From contig CAYZRY010000004.1 in assembly GCA_964481005.1 (NCBI GenBank), positions 1-59,008 of the forward strand: a DNA stretch of 59,008 bases. The letters run 5' to 3'. The DNA comes from an uncultured Muribaculaceae bacterium (GTDB lineage: Bacteria; Bacillota_I; Bacilli_A; RF39; UBA660). Position numbers and translations under genes: made by a program. The notes under the pieces were generated by a model. That model did no database searches, had not been told where the DNA came from, and saw only the letters and a program-made list of their open reading frames with translations. Shown piece by piece: positions 38,995 through 49,744 of this stretch (the first letter of the stretch is position 1; each line of letters starts with the position of its first letter).

Positions 38995-40157
38995 TATTTC
39001 ACCACTATTGTTTTATCTAGTTTCTGAATCCTCTCTTTTAGGTTATTAAATAGATTTTGATAATTATTTAATATGCCATTATTTAGCATTTCATATGGAT
39101 AAACTAAGTAACCATATCTTGTAACACCATTACTTTTATAATGAGTATATATTAGTCTTGTCTCGACATTTTCAATACTTTTAGTTTTTACCCCAGCTTC
39201 TTCTTTGATGTTTAATTTGACATCGACCATTGCTCCACTAAGACGATCTGCACCATTTTGTGAAGATATAAAATTACCTAGTGAATATATTACCAAAGTA
39301 TCACCTATAAATTCAATAGGTTCTATTACATGGGGATGATGACCAATAACAATAGCTACACCCAAGGAATTAAGATAAGTTGCAATTCTCTTTTGATCAG
39401 GGCTGACATCTGGATAATATTCTACTCCCCAGTGCATTGATACAAATATAAAATCTGTCTTATCTTTTATTAAATCGATATCTCTTTTAACTCTAGTATC
39501 GCTATAGACGTTGACATAGTAGTCATTAGGACTACGAAGACCATTAGTAAGGGTTGTATAGGCAAGAAGAGCATATTTAATTCCCTTCTTTTCGAAAATT
39601 TGAATATTATCTCTTTCGGCCGGACTAGTGCTACTGCCGATTACCATGACATCTTTTTTATTCCAATAATTTCGCGAATTAATTATCGCTTTAGAGCCTC
39701 TATCCAAAGTATGATTATTAGCTAAACTAACCATGTTAAAACCTGCATCTAGGAAGGCATCTCCAACTTCGTAAGGAGAATTGAACATTGGATAGGTCGA
39801 TAGTCCTATTTCTGCTCCACCTAAAATAGTTTCTTGATTATAAAAAGCTAAATCATATTTTTGAACAATTGGCTTTATATGTTTAAACATTTTGCGAAAG
39901 TCATAGCCCTCTCCGGTCTTAGCATCTAAATAAACAGTTTTGTGGATAAGTGCATCTCCTGCCATAATCATCGAAAGTGATGAGACTTTTACCTTAGGAA
40001 TTAATTCTTCATTAAATTTTAGATTTTCTTTCGGTATTTGAAGCTGATAATCTTTCCACTTTAACACATGAAAATTCATGATGGTAACTAAGACCAACAC
40101 AATTATTGTAACAATAGCTAAATTTCTATAAGTCTTTTTCAACTTTCTTTTTCGCAT
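38994..40157 (-). CDS. CapA/PgsA-family metallophosphoesterase, membrane anchored
   Basis: AGD, NQE, ANNH, MHWG, GHHPH, YSLGNF; start at 40157 (MRKRK) preferred because it shortens the overlap with rnr. Confidence 0.9.
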   Translation of the reverse strand: MRKRKLKKTYRNLAIVTIIVLVLVTIMNFHVLKWKDYQLQIPKENLKFNEELIPKVKVSSLSMIMAGDALIHKTVYLDAKTGEGYDFRKMFKHIKPIVQKYDLAFYNQETILGGAEIGLSTYPMFNSPYEVGDAFLDAGFNMVSLANNHTLDRGSKAIINSRNYWNKKDVMVIGSSTSPAERDNIQIFEKKGIKYALLAYTTLTNGLRSPNDYYVNVYSDTRVKRDIDLIKDKTDFIFVSMHWGVEYYPDVSPDQKRIATYLNSLGVAIVIGHHPHVIEPIEFIGDTLVIYSLGNFISSQNGADRLSGAMVDVKLNIKEEAGVKTKSIENVETRLIYTHYKSNGVTRYGYLVYPYEMLNNGILNNYQNLFNNLKERIQKLDKTIVVK

Positions 40158-42258
40158 CGCTTCCCTCCACGATTGAAAAATCGATCTTTTTCTCTTCTTT
40201 CGAAGCGCTGACAACTTTTACTCTCAATTTGTCTCCAAGACGATATACTTTTTTGCTACGTTCTCCTGTTAATGTTTGTCTTGTTTCATCATAGACAAAA
40301 TAATCTTTCATTTCATTTGTCGAAACTAGTCCTTCGATAAGATTGTCTAGTTGGACAAACATTCCAAAATTAGCTACTCCCGAAACCATCGCATCATATT
40401 CTTCACCGATGTGTGATTCCATGTATTCAGCCATCTTCATCGAGTCAACTTCTCGTTCGCAATCAATCGATGCTCTTTCACGTTCTGATGAATGATCAGC
40501 AACTGATATTAGTTTCTCACTCCAGTGGCCTAAAGTCTCTGGCGACATATCGTTGTTGAATAGATATGTGCGTAGTAAGCGATGTACAGTTGTATCTGGG
40601 TAACGACGAATCGGTGAAGTAAAGTGAGTATAACACTTACTTGCCAAACCATAGTGTCCAAGATTTTGTGGTAAGTAAACTGCTTTTTGCATGTTTCTAA
40701 GTACTAAACTAGATAGAACTTTAAACTCTGGTTTTTCTTCAAGATATTTAACAAGGGTTTGTACACCTTTAGAACTGATGTTTTTCATATCCGCTGTAAC
40801 GGTGTAACCAAGAGTTGATAAGAATGATAAAAACTCACGCATTTTTTCTTCTTTAGGTTTTTCATGAACACGATAAATAAATGGTAAATCCATATAGAAG
40901 ATATGACTTGCTACACATTCGTTAGCCTGAATCATAAAGTCTTCGATAATATTTTCCCCACGTCCACGATCACGCAATACGACATCGTAAGGAATTCCCT
41001 CTTCATCAACTAATATTTTAGCTTCGTTGGTTCCAAAATCTATGTAACCACGAATATTTTTATTTTCTCTAATTATCTTTGATAGATCATCCATCATATG
41101 AAGAGTCTCTTCATATTCTTCATAACCCGGAACTGTTTCACCAGCTTCGATTATTTTATTGACGTTTTTATATGTCATTTGGATTCTAGACTTGATAACA
41201 CTTTCAAAAATCTCATAATTTTTAGTATTACCCTTGCTATCTACTTCCATTACACATGATATTGCTAAACGATCAACTCCTGGATTAAGGGAACATATTC
41301 CATTTGATAATTCATGTGGAAGCATCGGTATAACGCGATCAACTAAGTAGACACTTGTTCCTCTTTCCATTGCTTCGATATCAAGTGGCTCACCCTCTTT
41401 AACATAGTAGCTGACATCAGCAATATGAACACCAAGCTCATAATTACCATTATCAAGTTTCTTAATCGATAAAGCATCATCGATATCTTTAGTATCATCT
41501 CCATCGATAGTAAATATCTCAAGATCAGTTAAATCTCTTCGCCCAGCTCTATCTTTTTCAAGAACTTCACTTGGTACTGATTCTAATTGATCTAAAGTAA
41601 CTTGATCAAACTCACTCTTAATTTCATATTTATAGACAACCGATAAAATATCGACACCAGGATCATTCTTGTGTCCAATTATCTTTTCAATAGTTCCTGT
41701 ATATTTACCCGGTCCTATTTTTTTCAATATTTTACAAACTACTTTATGCCCTTCGACAGCATTCTTACTATCACTCTTATCAATTTGAGCAACAATCTTT
41801 AAACTACCATCATCAGGTACGACAAAAGCTTTATTCTTCTTTACTTGATATTCTCCAACGAAAGTACTGATACCTCTTTTTAGAATCTTGACAATTCTTC
41901 CCTCTCTTCGGCCATCAGCCTTACTCTCGGTTATTTCAACAGCTACAATGTCCTCATCAAGTGCCCCATTTAAATTATCTATTGGAACAAAGACATCTTC
42001 TTCTTCACCTTCGACATTTACGAAACCAAAACCTTTTTTATTGACATTTAAACTACCCTTTTTTAAAGGTCCATCATTAAAAAGCATATATCTATTCTTA
42101 TTAGATAGATATAACTCTCCATCTTTGACCATTTTATCTAGCGTTTTTAAAAATTCTTGGGTTTCTTCAATTGTTAAAAGATTTAACTGACTATCCATCT
42201 CTTCAGATGACATAGCCCTAGCATTTTCTTTTAGCATGTTTATTATTTTATCTTGCAT
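40126..42258 (-). CDS. rnr: ribonuclease R
   Basis: GFGFV cold-shock domain, TIDGDDTKDIDDA, YTHFTSPIRRYPD, C-terminal S1. Confidence 0.98.
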   Translation of the reverse strand: MQDKIINMLKENARAMSSEEMDSQLNLLTIEETQEFLKTLDKMVKDGELYLSNKNRYMLFNDGPLKKGSLNVNKKGFGFVNVEGEEEDVFVPIDNLNGALDEDIVAVEITESKADGRREGRIVKILKRGISTFVGEYQVKKNKAFVVPDDGSLKIVAQIDKSDSKNAVEGHKVVCKILKKIGPGKYTGTIEKIIGHKNDPGVDILSVVYKYEIKSEFDQVTLDQLESVPSEVLEKDRAGRRDLTDLEIFTIDGDDTKDIDDALSIKKLDNGNYELGVHIADVSYYVKEGEPLDIEAMERGTSVYLVDRVIPMLPHELSNGICSLNPGVDRLAISCVMEVDSKGNTKNYEIFESVIKSRIQMTYKNVNKIIEAGETVPGYEEYEETLHMMDDLSKIIRENKNIRGYIDFGTNEAKILVDEEGIPYDVVLRDRGRGENIIEDFMIQANECVASHIFYMDLPFIYRVHEKPKEEKMREFLSFLSTLGYTVTADMKNISSKGVQTLVKYLEEKPEFKVLSSLVLRNMQKAVYLPQNLGHYGLASKCYTHFTSPIRRYPDTTVHRLLRTYLFNNDMSPETLGHWSEKLISVADHSSERERASIDCEREVDSMKMAEYMESHIGEEYDAMVSGVANFGMFVQLDNLIEGLVSTNEMKDYFVYDETRQTLTGERSKKVYRLGDKLRVKVVSASKEEKKIDFSIVEGSDAKKKVEKDL

Positions 42259-42308
42259 AATTACCTCTAGCTAAATTATACAATAAAAAAAAGACTTAAT
42301 ACAGTCTT

Positions 42309-42524
42309 TTAAATAAACTCCATTATCAAACTGACAAGAAAGAATGTAAGTCCTAGTCCCATAGTAATTCTACTAATAAGTAATTCTAGTCCTCTTTCTT
42401 TTCTCTTTGTAAACAAATCAGAGTTACCACCAGATATAATTTGAGCAGCTCCTTCAGCTTTGTTACTTTGTAGTAAAACAATCGAAATTAACATGATTGA
42501 TACAACTAATAAAAAGGTCTTCAT
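42309..42524 (-). CDS. secG: preprotein translocase SecG
   Basis: VLLQ..K, ISGG..LF...KERG, two TMs; canonical position upstream of rnr. Confidence 0.93.
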   Translation of the reverse strand: MKTFLLVVSIMLISIVLLQSNKAEGAAQIISGGNSDLFTKRKERGLELLISRITMGLGLTFFLVSLIMEFI

Positions 42525-42633
42525 ATTTTCCCTCCATACAGCTAATAATTTAACATATTTACATTTATTTTGCAAGTTAATATGTTCTAATGCCTATTTT
42601 TATATGTTATAATCTATATACGAAGGAGGGGCT

Positions 42634-43875
42634 ATGAAAATAATTAAAATCGATGAAAAAAGATTCGATGATTTTGTCATGAATTGTCCATATAAGAGTT
42701 ATTATCAAAGTTCATTCTACGGAAGAGTCATGAATAATTTAGGACTTAAAGATGAATATTATGGTTTTGATGATGGGGGAAGATTAATCGGCGTTACTCT
42801 CGTACTAGTTAAACCAATATTTATGAATTTTAAATATGGTTATTGTCCTAGAGGAATTATCATGGATTATACCCAAACTAGGGATATAAATTTAATTACT
42901 AAAGAATTAAAATCAGCTTTGATGAAAGAATATTTTTTGATGATAAAAATGGATCCACTTGTTGTAACATCAATTAGGGATAAAAAAGGAAACATAAAAA
43001 GTCAAAACACTTCACTTCCTACTTTGATGAAAGTAATGGAGTCAGCTTCTTACAATCACTGTGGTTTCAATTTGATGTTCGAAGCAGTAAAACCTCGTTT
43101 TGAGGCTGAACTAAATATCGATGTACCAGCAACGACGATGTTTAAAAACTTAAGCAAACAGACACGAAATAAATTACGTAAAGCAACTAAGTACGGATTA
43201 ACCGTCTACAAAGATAACAATTATGAATTTGATAAATATTTTCACTTGATTAAAGATCGAGGGTTTAACTTAAATTATTACAAAGAACTTAAAACTAACT
43301 TTGGTGATAATTTAGAAATTTACTATGCTAAATTAAATACCAAAGTCTATGTTGAAAATAGTAAGAGACTCTATGAAAAAGAGACAGAAATTAATGATTA
43401 TTTAACTAATGTTATTCAATCACGTGGTTACAAGGGTAAAAAGATAAATAGCATCCTAAGTAAAAAGATGGAATCTGACAAATTACTAAGTGCCTATAAA
43501 AGTTACATGGTTGTAGCAACTGATTTATTAAGACAGTTTCCTGAAGGACTGATTGTCGGCGTTACAGTGGCCTTGAAGTTTGCTGATAAAATTTACTTAA
43601 TTAGTGAAGGTCATGATCATAAGTACAATAACTTGTGTGCAACTTACTTAACCAAATGGAAGATAATTGAAAAGTATGCTCAGACAGAAATTAAAATATT
43701 TAATATGGGCGGAATATCAGGTAAGTTTGATCCGGAGCAAAATAAGTACAAAGGATTAAATGAAATGAAATTTGGATATGGTTGTCAGGCTGTCGAATAT
43801 GTTGGAGAATTCAATTTGATCATAAATAATCCTATGTATTCAATATATAAGGGTTTAAAACTAAATAAAAAGTAA
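42634..43875 (+). CDS. FemAB/MurM-family peptidoglycan bridge peptidyltransferase
   Basis: YYQS, YCPRG, KMDP, RNKLRKA.K.G, coiled-coil insert, FNMGGISG, GL..MK.G, EYVGEF. Confidence 0.88.
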   Translation: MKIIKIDEKRFDDFVMNCPYKSYYQSSFYGRVMNNLGLKDEYYGFDDGGRLIGVTLVLVKPIFMNFKYGYCPRGIIMDYTQTRDINLITKELKSALMKEYFLMIKMDPLVVTSIRDKKGNIKSQNTSLPTLMKVMESASYNHCGFNLMFEAVKPRFEAELNIDVPATTMFKNLSKQTRNKLRKATKYGLTVYKDNNYEFDKYFHLIKDRGFNLNYYKELKTNFGDNLEIYYAKLNTKVYVENSKRLYEKETEINDYLTNVIQSRGYKGKKINSILSKKMESDKLLSAYKSYMVVATDLLRQFPEGLIVGVTVALKFADKIYLISEGHDHKYNNLCATYLTKWKIIEKYAQTEIKIFNMGGISGKFDPEQNKYKGLNEMKFGYGCQAVEYVGEFNLIINNPMYSIYKGLKLNKK

Positions 43876-43900
43876 AAAGAGCTGTAAACAGTTCTTTTTT
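43875..43900 (+). terminator. intrinsic terminator
   Basis: AAAAAGAGCTGT-AA-ACAGTTCTTTTT. Confidence 0.7.
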
Positions 43901-43958
43901 TATAGTGCTTTCCTTTACTTGATATATCAATGGTCTATAATAGGATATGGAGGATAAA

Positions 43959-44729
43959 ATGGAATTTAAAGATAAGGTAATAGTTATTACCGGAGCAACT
44001 GGGGGAATTGGTGCAGCCGTAGCTAAAAAATTTGCCGAAGATGGTGCTAAATTAGCCTTGCTAGATTTAGATGCAGGTAAATTACAAGCCCTTGCTGTTA
44101 GCCTAAGCTTGAATGAAGGAAATTGTTCACTATTTGTCTGTGATGTAAGAGACGAGGAAAGATACAAGAATTGTATCAATAAGACTAAAGAAAAGTTTAG
44201 TAAGATTGATGTTTTTTGTAACAACGCTGGGGTCGAAGGTAGTGTTGCCCCAATTCACATGACAGTTAAAGAAGATTTAGACTTTGTTCTCGATGTCAAT
44301 GTGAAGGGAGCATACTTTGGACTTAAGTATGTCTTACCGATAATGTATGAGCAAAAATATGGTAGTGTTATCAATACTGCATCTGTAGCTGGATTCATTG
44401 GTAGTCCTGGAATGGCGCCATATATTGCATCGAAACATGCACTGATTGGTTTGACTAAAACTGCTGCGCTTGAAGCTGCACCTTTTGGAGTAAGAGTAAA
44501 TGCAGTCTGTCCTGGACCAGTCGATAATGACATGATGAGACATATTGAAGCTAAGGCATCACCTGATGCACCAGAAGCTGTCAAAGAAGGTTTTGCTGCG
44601 TCAATACCATTCTTAAGATATGCAAGTAATGAAGAAATTGCTGATTTAGTACTTTTCTTTGCATCAGAAAAATCTAAATACATTACCGGTACTGCACAGC
44701 GTATCGATGGTGGAATGGGAGCTAAATAA
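43959..44729 (+). CDS. short-chain dehydrogenase/reductase (classical, likely NAD-dependent)
   Basis: TGATGGIG, LLD, NNAG, YIASK, CPGPV, DGG; SD GGAGG. Confidence 0.95.
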   Translation: MEFKDKVIVITGATGGIGAAVAKKFAEDGAKLALLDLDAGKLQALAVSLSLNEGNCSLFVCDVRDEERYKNCINKTKEKFSKIDVFCNNAGVEGSVAPIHMTVKEDLDFVLDVNVKGAYFGLKYVLPIMYEQKYGSVINTASVAGFIGSPGMAPYIASKHALIGLTKTAALEAAPFGVRVNAVCPGPVDNDMMRHIEAKASPDAPEAVKEGFAASIPFLRYASNEEIADLVLFFASEKSKYITGTAQRIDGGMGAK

Positions 44730-44788
44730 AAAGAAGTTATACTTCTTTTTTTTACACAAAAAAAAACGAAGCATAGCTTCGCTTTTTT
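44728..44788. terminator. two terminators between convergent SDR and tuf
   Basis: AAAAAGAAGT-TAT-ACTTCTTTTT and AAAAAACGAAGC-ATA-GCTTCG. Confidence 0.8.
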
Positions 44789-44790
44789 AA

Positions 44791-45975
44791 TTACTTAATG
44801 ATTTCAGTTACGTTACCAGCACCAACTGTTCTTCCACCTTCACGGATAGAGAACTTAGTACCGTTTTCAACTGCGATTGGGTGAATTAGTTCAACTGTCA
44901 TTTCAATGTTGTCCCCTGGCATAACCATGTCAACACCTGCTGGAAGTTCAACTACACCTGTAACGTCAGTAGTTCTGAAATAGAATTGTGGTCTGTAGTT
45001 TGCAAAGAACGGAGTATGACGTCCACCTTCTTCTTTAGTTAAAACATAAACTTGTGCTTTAAACTTAGCATGAGGTGTAACTGATCCTGGTTTTGCAAGA
45101 ACTTGTCCTCTTTCTACTTCTTCACGAGAAAGACCACGTAATAATACTCCGGCATTGTCTCCTGCTTCTGCGTAATCTAGTTGTTTTCTGAACATTTCGA
45201 TACCTGTAACAACAGTTTTCTTAGTAGGCTTGATACCAACAATTTCAACTTCATCGTTAAGGTTAAGTTTTCCACGTTCTACACGTCCTGTAACAACAGT
45301 TCCACGACCTGTAATTGTGAATACATCCTCGATACTCATTAGGAACGGTTTGTCTGTTTCACGTTCTGGAGTTGGGATCCATTCGTCAACTGCGTCCATA
45401 AGTTCGTCAATTGCTTTTCCGTACTCTTCGTCACCTTCAAGTGCCTTAAGAGCTGATCCTCTGATGATTGGAGTGTTATCTCCATCGTATCCATACTCAG
45501 AAAGTAGTGAACGGATTTCCATTTCTACTAAATCAAGTAGTTCTGAATCATCAACTTGGTCACATTTGTTCATGAATATAACCATTTTTGGTACACCAAC
45601 TTGGCGTGAAAGCAGAATGTGCTCACGAGTTTGTGCCATAGGTCCGTCAGTAGCAGCAATAACTAGGATTGCTCCGTCCATTTGTGCAGCACCTGTGATC
45701 ATGTTTTTAACATAGTCAGCATGTCCTGGACAGTCAACGTGTGCATAGTGACGATTAGCTGTTTGATACTCTACGTGAGAAGTGTTAATTGTAATTCCAC
45801 GTTCTCTTTCTTCTGGAGCTTTATCGATTTTTGAATAATCTAGAAAATCTCCACCAAACTTTTCAGCTTGTCTCTTTGTAATAGCAGCTGTTAAAGTTGT
45901 TTTACCATGGTCTACGTGACCAATTGTACCAATATTAACATGTGTTTTTGATCTGTCAAATTTTTGTTTTGCCAT
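44791..45975 (-). CDS. tuf: elongation factor Tu
   Basis: [30 protein letters not shown]. Confidence 0.99.
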   Translation of the reverse strand: MAKQKFDRSKTHVNIGTIGHVDHGKTTLTAAITKRQAEKFGGDFLDYSKIDKAPEERERGITINTSHVEYQTANRHYAHVDCPGHADYVKNMITGAAQMDGAILVIAATDGPMAQTREHILLSRQVGVPKMVIFMNKCDQVDDSELLDLVEMEIRSLLSEYGYDGDNTPIIRGSALKALEGDEEYGKAIDELMDAVDEWIPTPERETDKPFLMSIEDVFTITGRGTVVTGRVERGKLNLNDEVEIVGIKPTKKTVVTGIEMFRKQLDYAEAGDNAGVLLRGLSREEVERGQVLAKPGSVTPHAKFKAQVYVLTKEEGGRHTPFFANYRPQFYFRTTDVTGVVELPAGVDMVMPGDNIEMTVELIHPIAVENGTKFSIREGGRTVGAGNVTEIIK

Positions 45976-46059
45976 AATAATTTCCTCCTTTTAATTACTA
46001 TTATATTTTATATGATATTTGGCAATATTTCAACTATTATTTAATAGTTGTATATTTAC

Positions 46060-48129
46060 TTAGTTGCCGCTTTTCTTAATGATTTCTTCGGCTATGTTTT
46101 TAGGGACTTCTTCATAATGATCAAATTCCATAATGAATGTTCCTCTTCCTTGGCTATTACTACGTAAGCTTGTAGCATAACCAAACATTTCAGATAGTGG
46201 AACCATCGCTGATAAATTAACAGCGTTTCCTCTAGCTTCTTGTCCAAGAGGTTTACCTCTACGACTAGTAATGTCACCCATTACGTTACCAAAATATTCA
46301 TCTGGTACAGTAACTGAAACTTTCATGATAGGCTCAAGTAGAACTGGTGCACACTTAGCTTTAGCTTCTTTAAGAGCCATGCTAGCAGCAATTTTAAATG
46401 CCATTTCACTAGAGTCAACATCGTGGTATGATCCATCGAAAAGCGTAGCTTTAACGTCGATCATTGGATATCCTGCGACGACACCAGATTCAAGAGCTTC
46501 TTGAAGTCCTTTGTCAGTAACTGGAATATATTCACGAGGAACAACTCCACCGACGATTTCGTCAACAAATTCATATCCCTTATCTGGATTTGGTTCAAAC
46601 TTGACCCAAACGTGACCATATTGTCCACGTCCACCAGATTGCTTAATGTATTTACCTTCACACTCAGCTGCTTTAGTAAGTGTTTCACGGTAAGCAACTT
46701 GTGGTTTACCAACATTTGCTTCGACTGAGAATTCTCTCTTCATACGATCAACTAGAACGTCTAGGTGAAGTTCTCCCATTCCTGAGATAACTGTCTGACC
46801 TGTCTCTTGATCTGTGTGAACTTTAAATGTTGGATCTTCTTCAGCAAGCTTTTGAAGAGCAACACCCATTTTTTCTTGATCCTGTTTAGTTTTTGGTTCA
46901 ACCGCTAACTGAATTACAGGCTCTGGGAATTCCATTTTTTCAAGAATAATAGGTTTCTTCTCATCACATAGAGTATCTCCAGTAGTTGTATTTTTAAGTC
47001 CTACTGCTGCAGCGATATCACCTGTATAAACATCAGTTATTTCACTTCTATCGTTAGCATGCATAAGTAGGATACGTCCGATTCTTTCTTTGACATCTTT
47101 ATTTGAGTTAAGTACATATGATCCACCTGATAAGTGACCTGAATAAACTCTAAAGAAAGTTAATCTTCCAACAAACGGGTCAGTCATAACCTTGAATGCT
47201 AATGAACTAAATGGTTCATCATCACTAGGATGTCTTTCGATTTCTTCACCGTTTTTGTCTGTTCCCTTAATCGATTCAATATCGACTGGTGATGGTAAAT
47301 AATCAATTACTGCATCAAGTAGTAATTTGATAGCTTTGTTTCCAAGAGCTGTTCCACACATTACTGGGAAGAATTCAACTGCAAGTGTTCCTTTACGAAT
47401 TGCTTTCTTAATCTGAGCAACTGTAAGTTCTTTTCCTTCGAGGTAATCATTCATTACTTCATCGTCGTACTCAGCAATTGTTTCGATTAGTTCTGCTCTT
47501 TTTTCTTCAGCTATTTCTTTCAAATCAGCAGGAATTTCAATTTCCTTAGCTTCTTCTTCAGCTTTTCCATCATATTCGTATGCCTTCATCGTAACTAGAT
47601 CAATAACTCCAGTGAAGTTGTCTTCTGCTCCGATTGGCCATTCGATTGGCTTGAAGTTAACTCCAAGTCTATCTTTAATTGTTTTTAATGAGTATGCAAA
47701 GTCTGCTCCCATTTTATCCATTTTATTAGCAAAAATGATACGCGGAACTTTGAATTCAGTAGCTTGACGCCAAACTGTTTCAGTCTGAGGTTCAACTCCT
47801 GCTTGAGCATCGATAAGTGCGATTGCTCCATCGAGTACTCTAAGGCTTCGACTAACTTCAACAGTAAAGTCTACGTGACCTGGAGTATCGATAATATTGT
47901 AACGATAACCCTTCCAATATGCTGTTGTAGCAGCTGAAGTAATTGTTATACCACGTTCTTGTTCTTGTGCCATCCAGTCCATTTGTGAAGCACCATCATG
48001 AGTCTCTCCAATTTTATGGATTTTATGGGTGTGGAACAAAATACGTTCTGAGCAGGTTGTTTTTCCTGCGTCGATATGGGCCATAATCCCAAAGTTTCTA
48101 GTGTTAATTAACGCTGTTTCTCTTGCCAT
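46060..48129 (-). CDS. fusA: elongation factor G
   Basis: [34 protein letters not shown]. Confidence 0.99.
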   Translation of the reverse strand: MARETALINTRNFGIMAHIDAGKTTCSERILFHTHKIHKIGETHDGASQMDWMAQEQERGITITSAATTAYWKGYRYNIIDTPGHVDFTVEVSRSLRVLDGAIALIDAQAGVEPQTETVWRQATEFKVPRIIFANKMDKMGADFAYSLKTIKDRLGVNFKPIEWPIGAEDNFTGVIDLVTMKAYEYDGKAEEEAKEIEIPADLKEIAEEKRAELIETIAEYDDEVMNDYLEGKELTVAQIKKAIRKGTLAVEFFPVMCGTALGNKAIKLLLDAVIDYLPSPVDIESIKGTDKNGEEIERHPSDDEPFSSLAFKVMTDPFVGRLTFFRVYSGHLSGGSYVLNSNKDVKERIGRILLMHANDRSEITDVYTGDIAAAVGLKNTTTGDTLCDEKKPIILEKMEFPEPVIQLAVEPKTKQDQEKMGVALQKLAEEDPTFKVHTDQETGQTVISGMGELHLDVLVDRMKREFSVEANVGKPQVAYRETLTKAAECEGKYIKQSGGRGQYGHVWVKFEPNPDKGYEFVDEIVGGVVPREYIPVTDKGLQEALESGVVAGYPMIDVKATLFDGSYHDVDSSEMAFKIAASMALKEAKAKCAPVLLEPIMKVSVTVPDEYFGNVMGDITSRRGKPLGQEARGNAVNLSAMVPLSEMFGYATSLRSNSQGRGTFIMEFDHYEEVPKNIAEEIIKKSGN

Positions 48130-48144
48130 AACAATTCTCCTCTC

Positions 48145-48612
48145 CTACCAACGATAATGAGCAAATGCTTTATTTGCCTCTGCCATTCTGTGAGTATCAT
48201 CTTTTTTCTTAACTGCACCACCCGTATTGTTTGATGCATCAATTAATTCATTAGCTAGGTTTTCGGCCATACTCTTTCCACCTCTCAACCTTGCATATTT
48301 AACTAACCAACGTATTCCTAAAGCTTGTGATCTAGTTGCACTAATTTCGATAGGTACTTGATAGTTAGATCCACCAACACGACGAGATTTAACCTCTAAT
48401 GCCGGTTTAATATTTTCAATAGCAGCTTCGAATACTTCTAACGCTTCTTTACCAGTCTTATCTTTTACTTTATCAAATGCTTCATACATGATTGTCTGGG
48501 CAACACCCTTTTTACCATCGAGCATCAAGCAATTAATAACTTTAGTAACGACTTTAGAATTGTATATTGGATCTGCTAACACGTCTCTTTTAACTGCACG
48601 TCTTTTACGCAT
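48145..48612 (-). CDS. rpsG: 30S ribosomal protein S7
   Basis: [24 protein letters not shown]. Confidence 0.99.
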   Translation of the reverse strand: MRKRRAVKRDVLADPIYNSKVVTKVINCLMLDGKKGVAQTIMYEAFDKVKDKTGKEALEVFEAAIENIKPALEVKSRRVGGSNYQVPIEISATRSQALGIRWLVKYARLRGGKSMAENLANELIDASNNTGGAVKKKDDTHRMAEANKAFAHYRW

Positions 48613-48636
48613 ATATATTTCCTCCTTTCAGTTTAA

Positions 48637-49053
48637 TTAAGCTTTTTTAGGTTTTTTAGCTCCGTATTTACTACGAGCTTGTTTTCTATCTTTTACTCCC
48701 GCTGTATCAAGTGTACCGCGAACGATGTGATAACGTACTCCGATCAAGTCTTTGACACGTCCACCACGAATCAGTACGACACTGTGTTCTTGAATGTTGT
48801 GTCCGATACCAGGAATGTAACATGTAACTTCCATACCATTGCTCAAACGAACACGAGCATATTTACGAAGAGCCGAGTTAGGTTTTTTAGGTGCCATTGT
48901 TCCAACACGAGTACAAACTCCACGTTTTTGTGGTGAATTTAACTTAGTTTGTCTCTTTTGGATGTTATTTAGCCCAATTCCTAGAACTGGTGACTTACTC
49001 TTACGAGTTTTTGACCCTCGCCCTTTACGAACCAATTGATTGATTGTAGTCAT
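48637..49053 (-). CDS. rpsL: 30S ribosomal protein S12
   Basis: [26 protein letters not shown]; Firmicutes-type N-terminal insert. Confidence 0.99.
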   Translation of the reverse strand: MTTINQLVRKGRGSKTRKSKSPVLGIGLNNIQKRQTKLNSPQKRGVCTRVGTMAPKKPNSALRKYARVRLSNGMEVTCYIPGIGHNIQEHSVVLIRGGRVKDLIGVRYHIVRGTLDTAGVKDRKQARSKYGAKKPKKA

Positions 49054-49074
49054 ATATTATAGGTCTCCTTTCTT

Positions 49075-49135
49075 TACACATAGCCAGGTGTATCATAATT
49101 TTTCATAAATATAAGCTTTGCCTAAGCAAAACTTA
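49075..49135 (-). promoter_or_regulatory. rpsL 5' leader hairpins
   Basis: TACAC-CTGGCTAT-GTGTA stem just before the SD (Firmicutes-like CACCTGG motif) and an upstream TTTGC-TTAG-GCAAA stem. Confidence 0.5.
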
Positions 49136-49261
49136 ATTTATCAGCATGATTAATATATCATTATTAGTTTTTTATGTCAATTGAAAATACCTAGAAATTA
49201 TTAAAATTTTCGATATTTTGCAATTTTTTACTTAATTGTCAAAAAAAAGAGCTTAAAGCTC

Positions 49262-49672
49262 TTATTGTTGATATCCGATTGTCTTGTAATCACCACAATC
49301 AATATATGATTGATAAGTAGTCAAATCACCAGTTCGACTGACATTTACGTAACCATTACAGTGATTGTATCTCGCTCCCGGTACACCAAGAATCGAAATT
49401 GGTAAACGTCGAACTTCACCTTCATTTAAAACTATATTATTGTTATTCACATAAGTTCTAGCATAATCGATCAAAGTGCTTTCGTATCCTTGATAATTTA
49501 ATGTTTCAATAACACCTGTATTATCATCATATATTATCGAACTGTCATTACGTTTAAGTCCAGTTCCAAAATAGTTAACTAGTAGAACGACTACGAAAAG
49601 AGCAATAAAAAGCATTCCAATAAAAATTGAAAAACTGACTAATCCCCATCCTTTGTTATTGAGTTTCTTCAT
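49262..49672 (-). CDS. hypothetical pilin-like membrane protein
   Basis: MKKLNNKG|WGLVS plus a hydrophobic helix; two C-terminal Cys; SD AGGTGG. Confidence 0.6.
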   Translation of the reverse strand: MKKLNNKGWGLVSFSIFIGMLFIALFVVVLLVNYFGTGLKRNDSSIIYDDNTGVIETLNYQGYESTLIDYARTYVNNNNIVLNEGEVRRLPISILGVPGARYNHCNGYVNVSRTGDLTTYQSYIDCGDYKTIGYQQ

Positions 49673-49722
49673 ATATATCACCACCTTAATTTTACAATAT
49701 ATATTTACTATTTGCAATCATG

Positions 49723-49744
49723 AAAAAAGACGATTTCTCGTCTT
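49723..49744 (-). terminator. terminator after rpoC
   Basis: AAGACGA-GAAA-TCGTCTTTTTT. Confidence 0.8.

Noticed and set aside
46031-46050. Inverted repeat CAACTATTA-TT-TAATAGTTG between fusA and tuf
   Set aside because: Ordinary intercistronic hairpin beside a probable internal tuf promoter; not unusual
48040-48085. [11 protein letters not shown] instead of GKTTTTER, and Adk AAPGAGKGT
   Set aside because: The core P-loop GK[T] residues are intact; this is within normal variation
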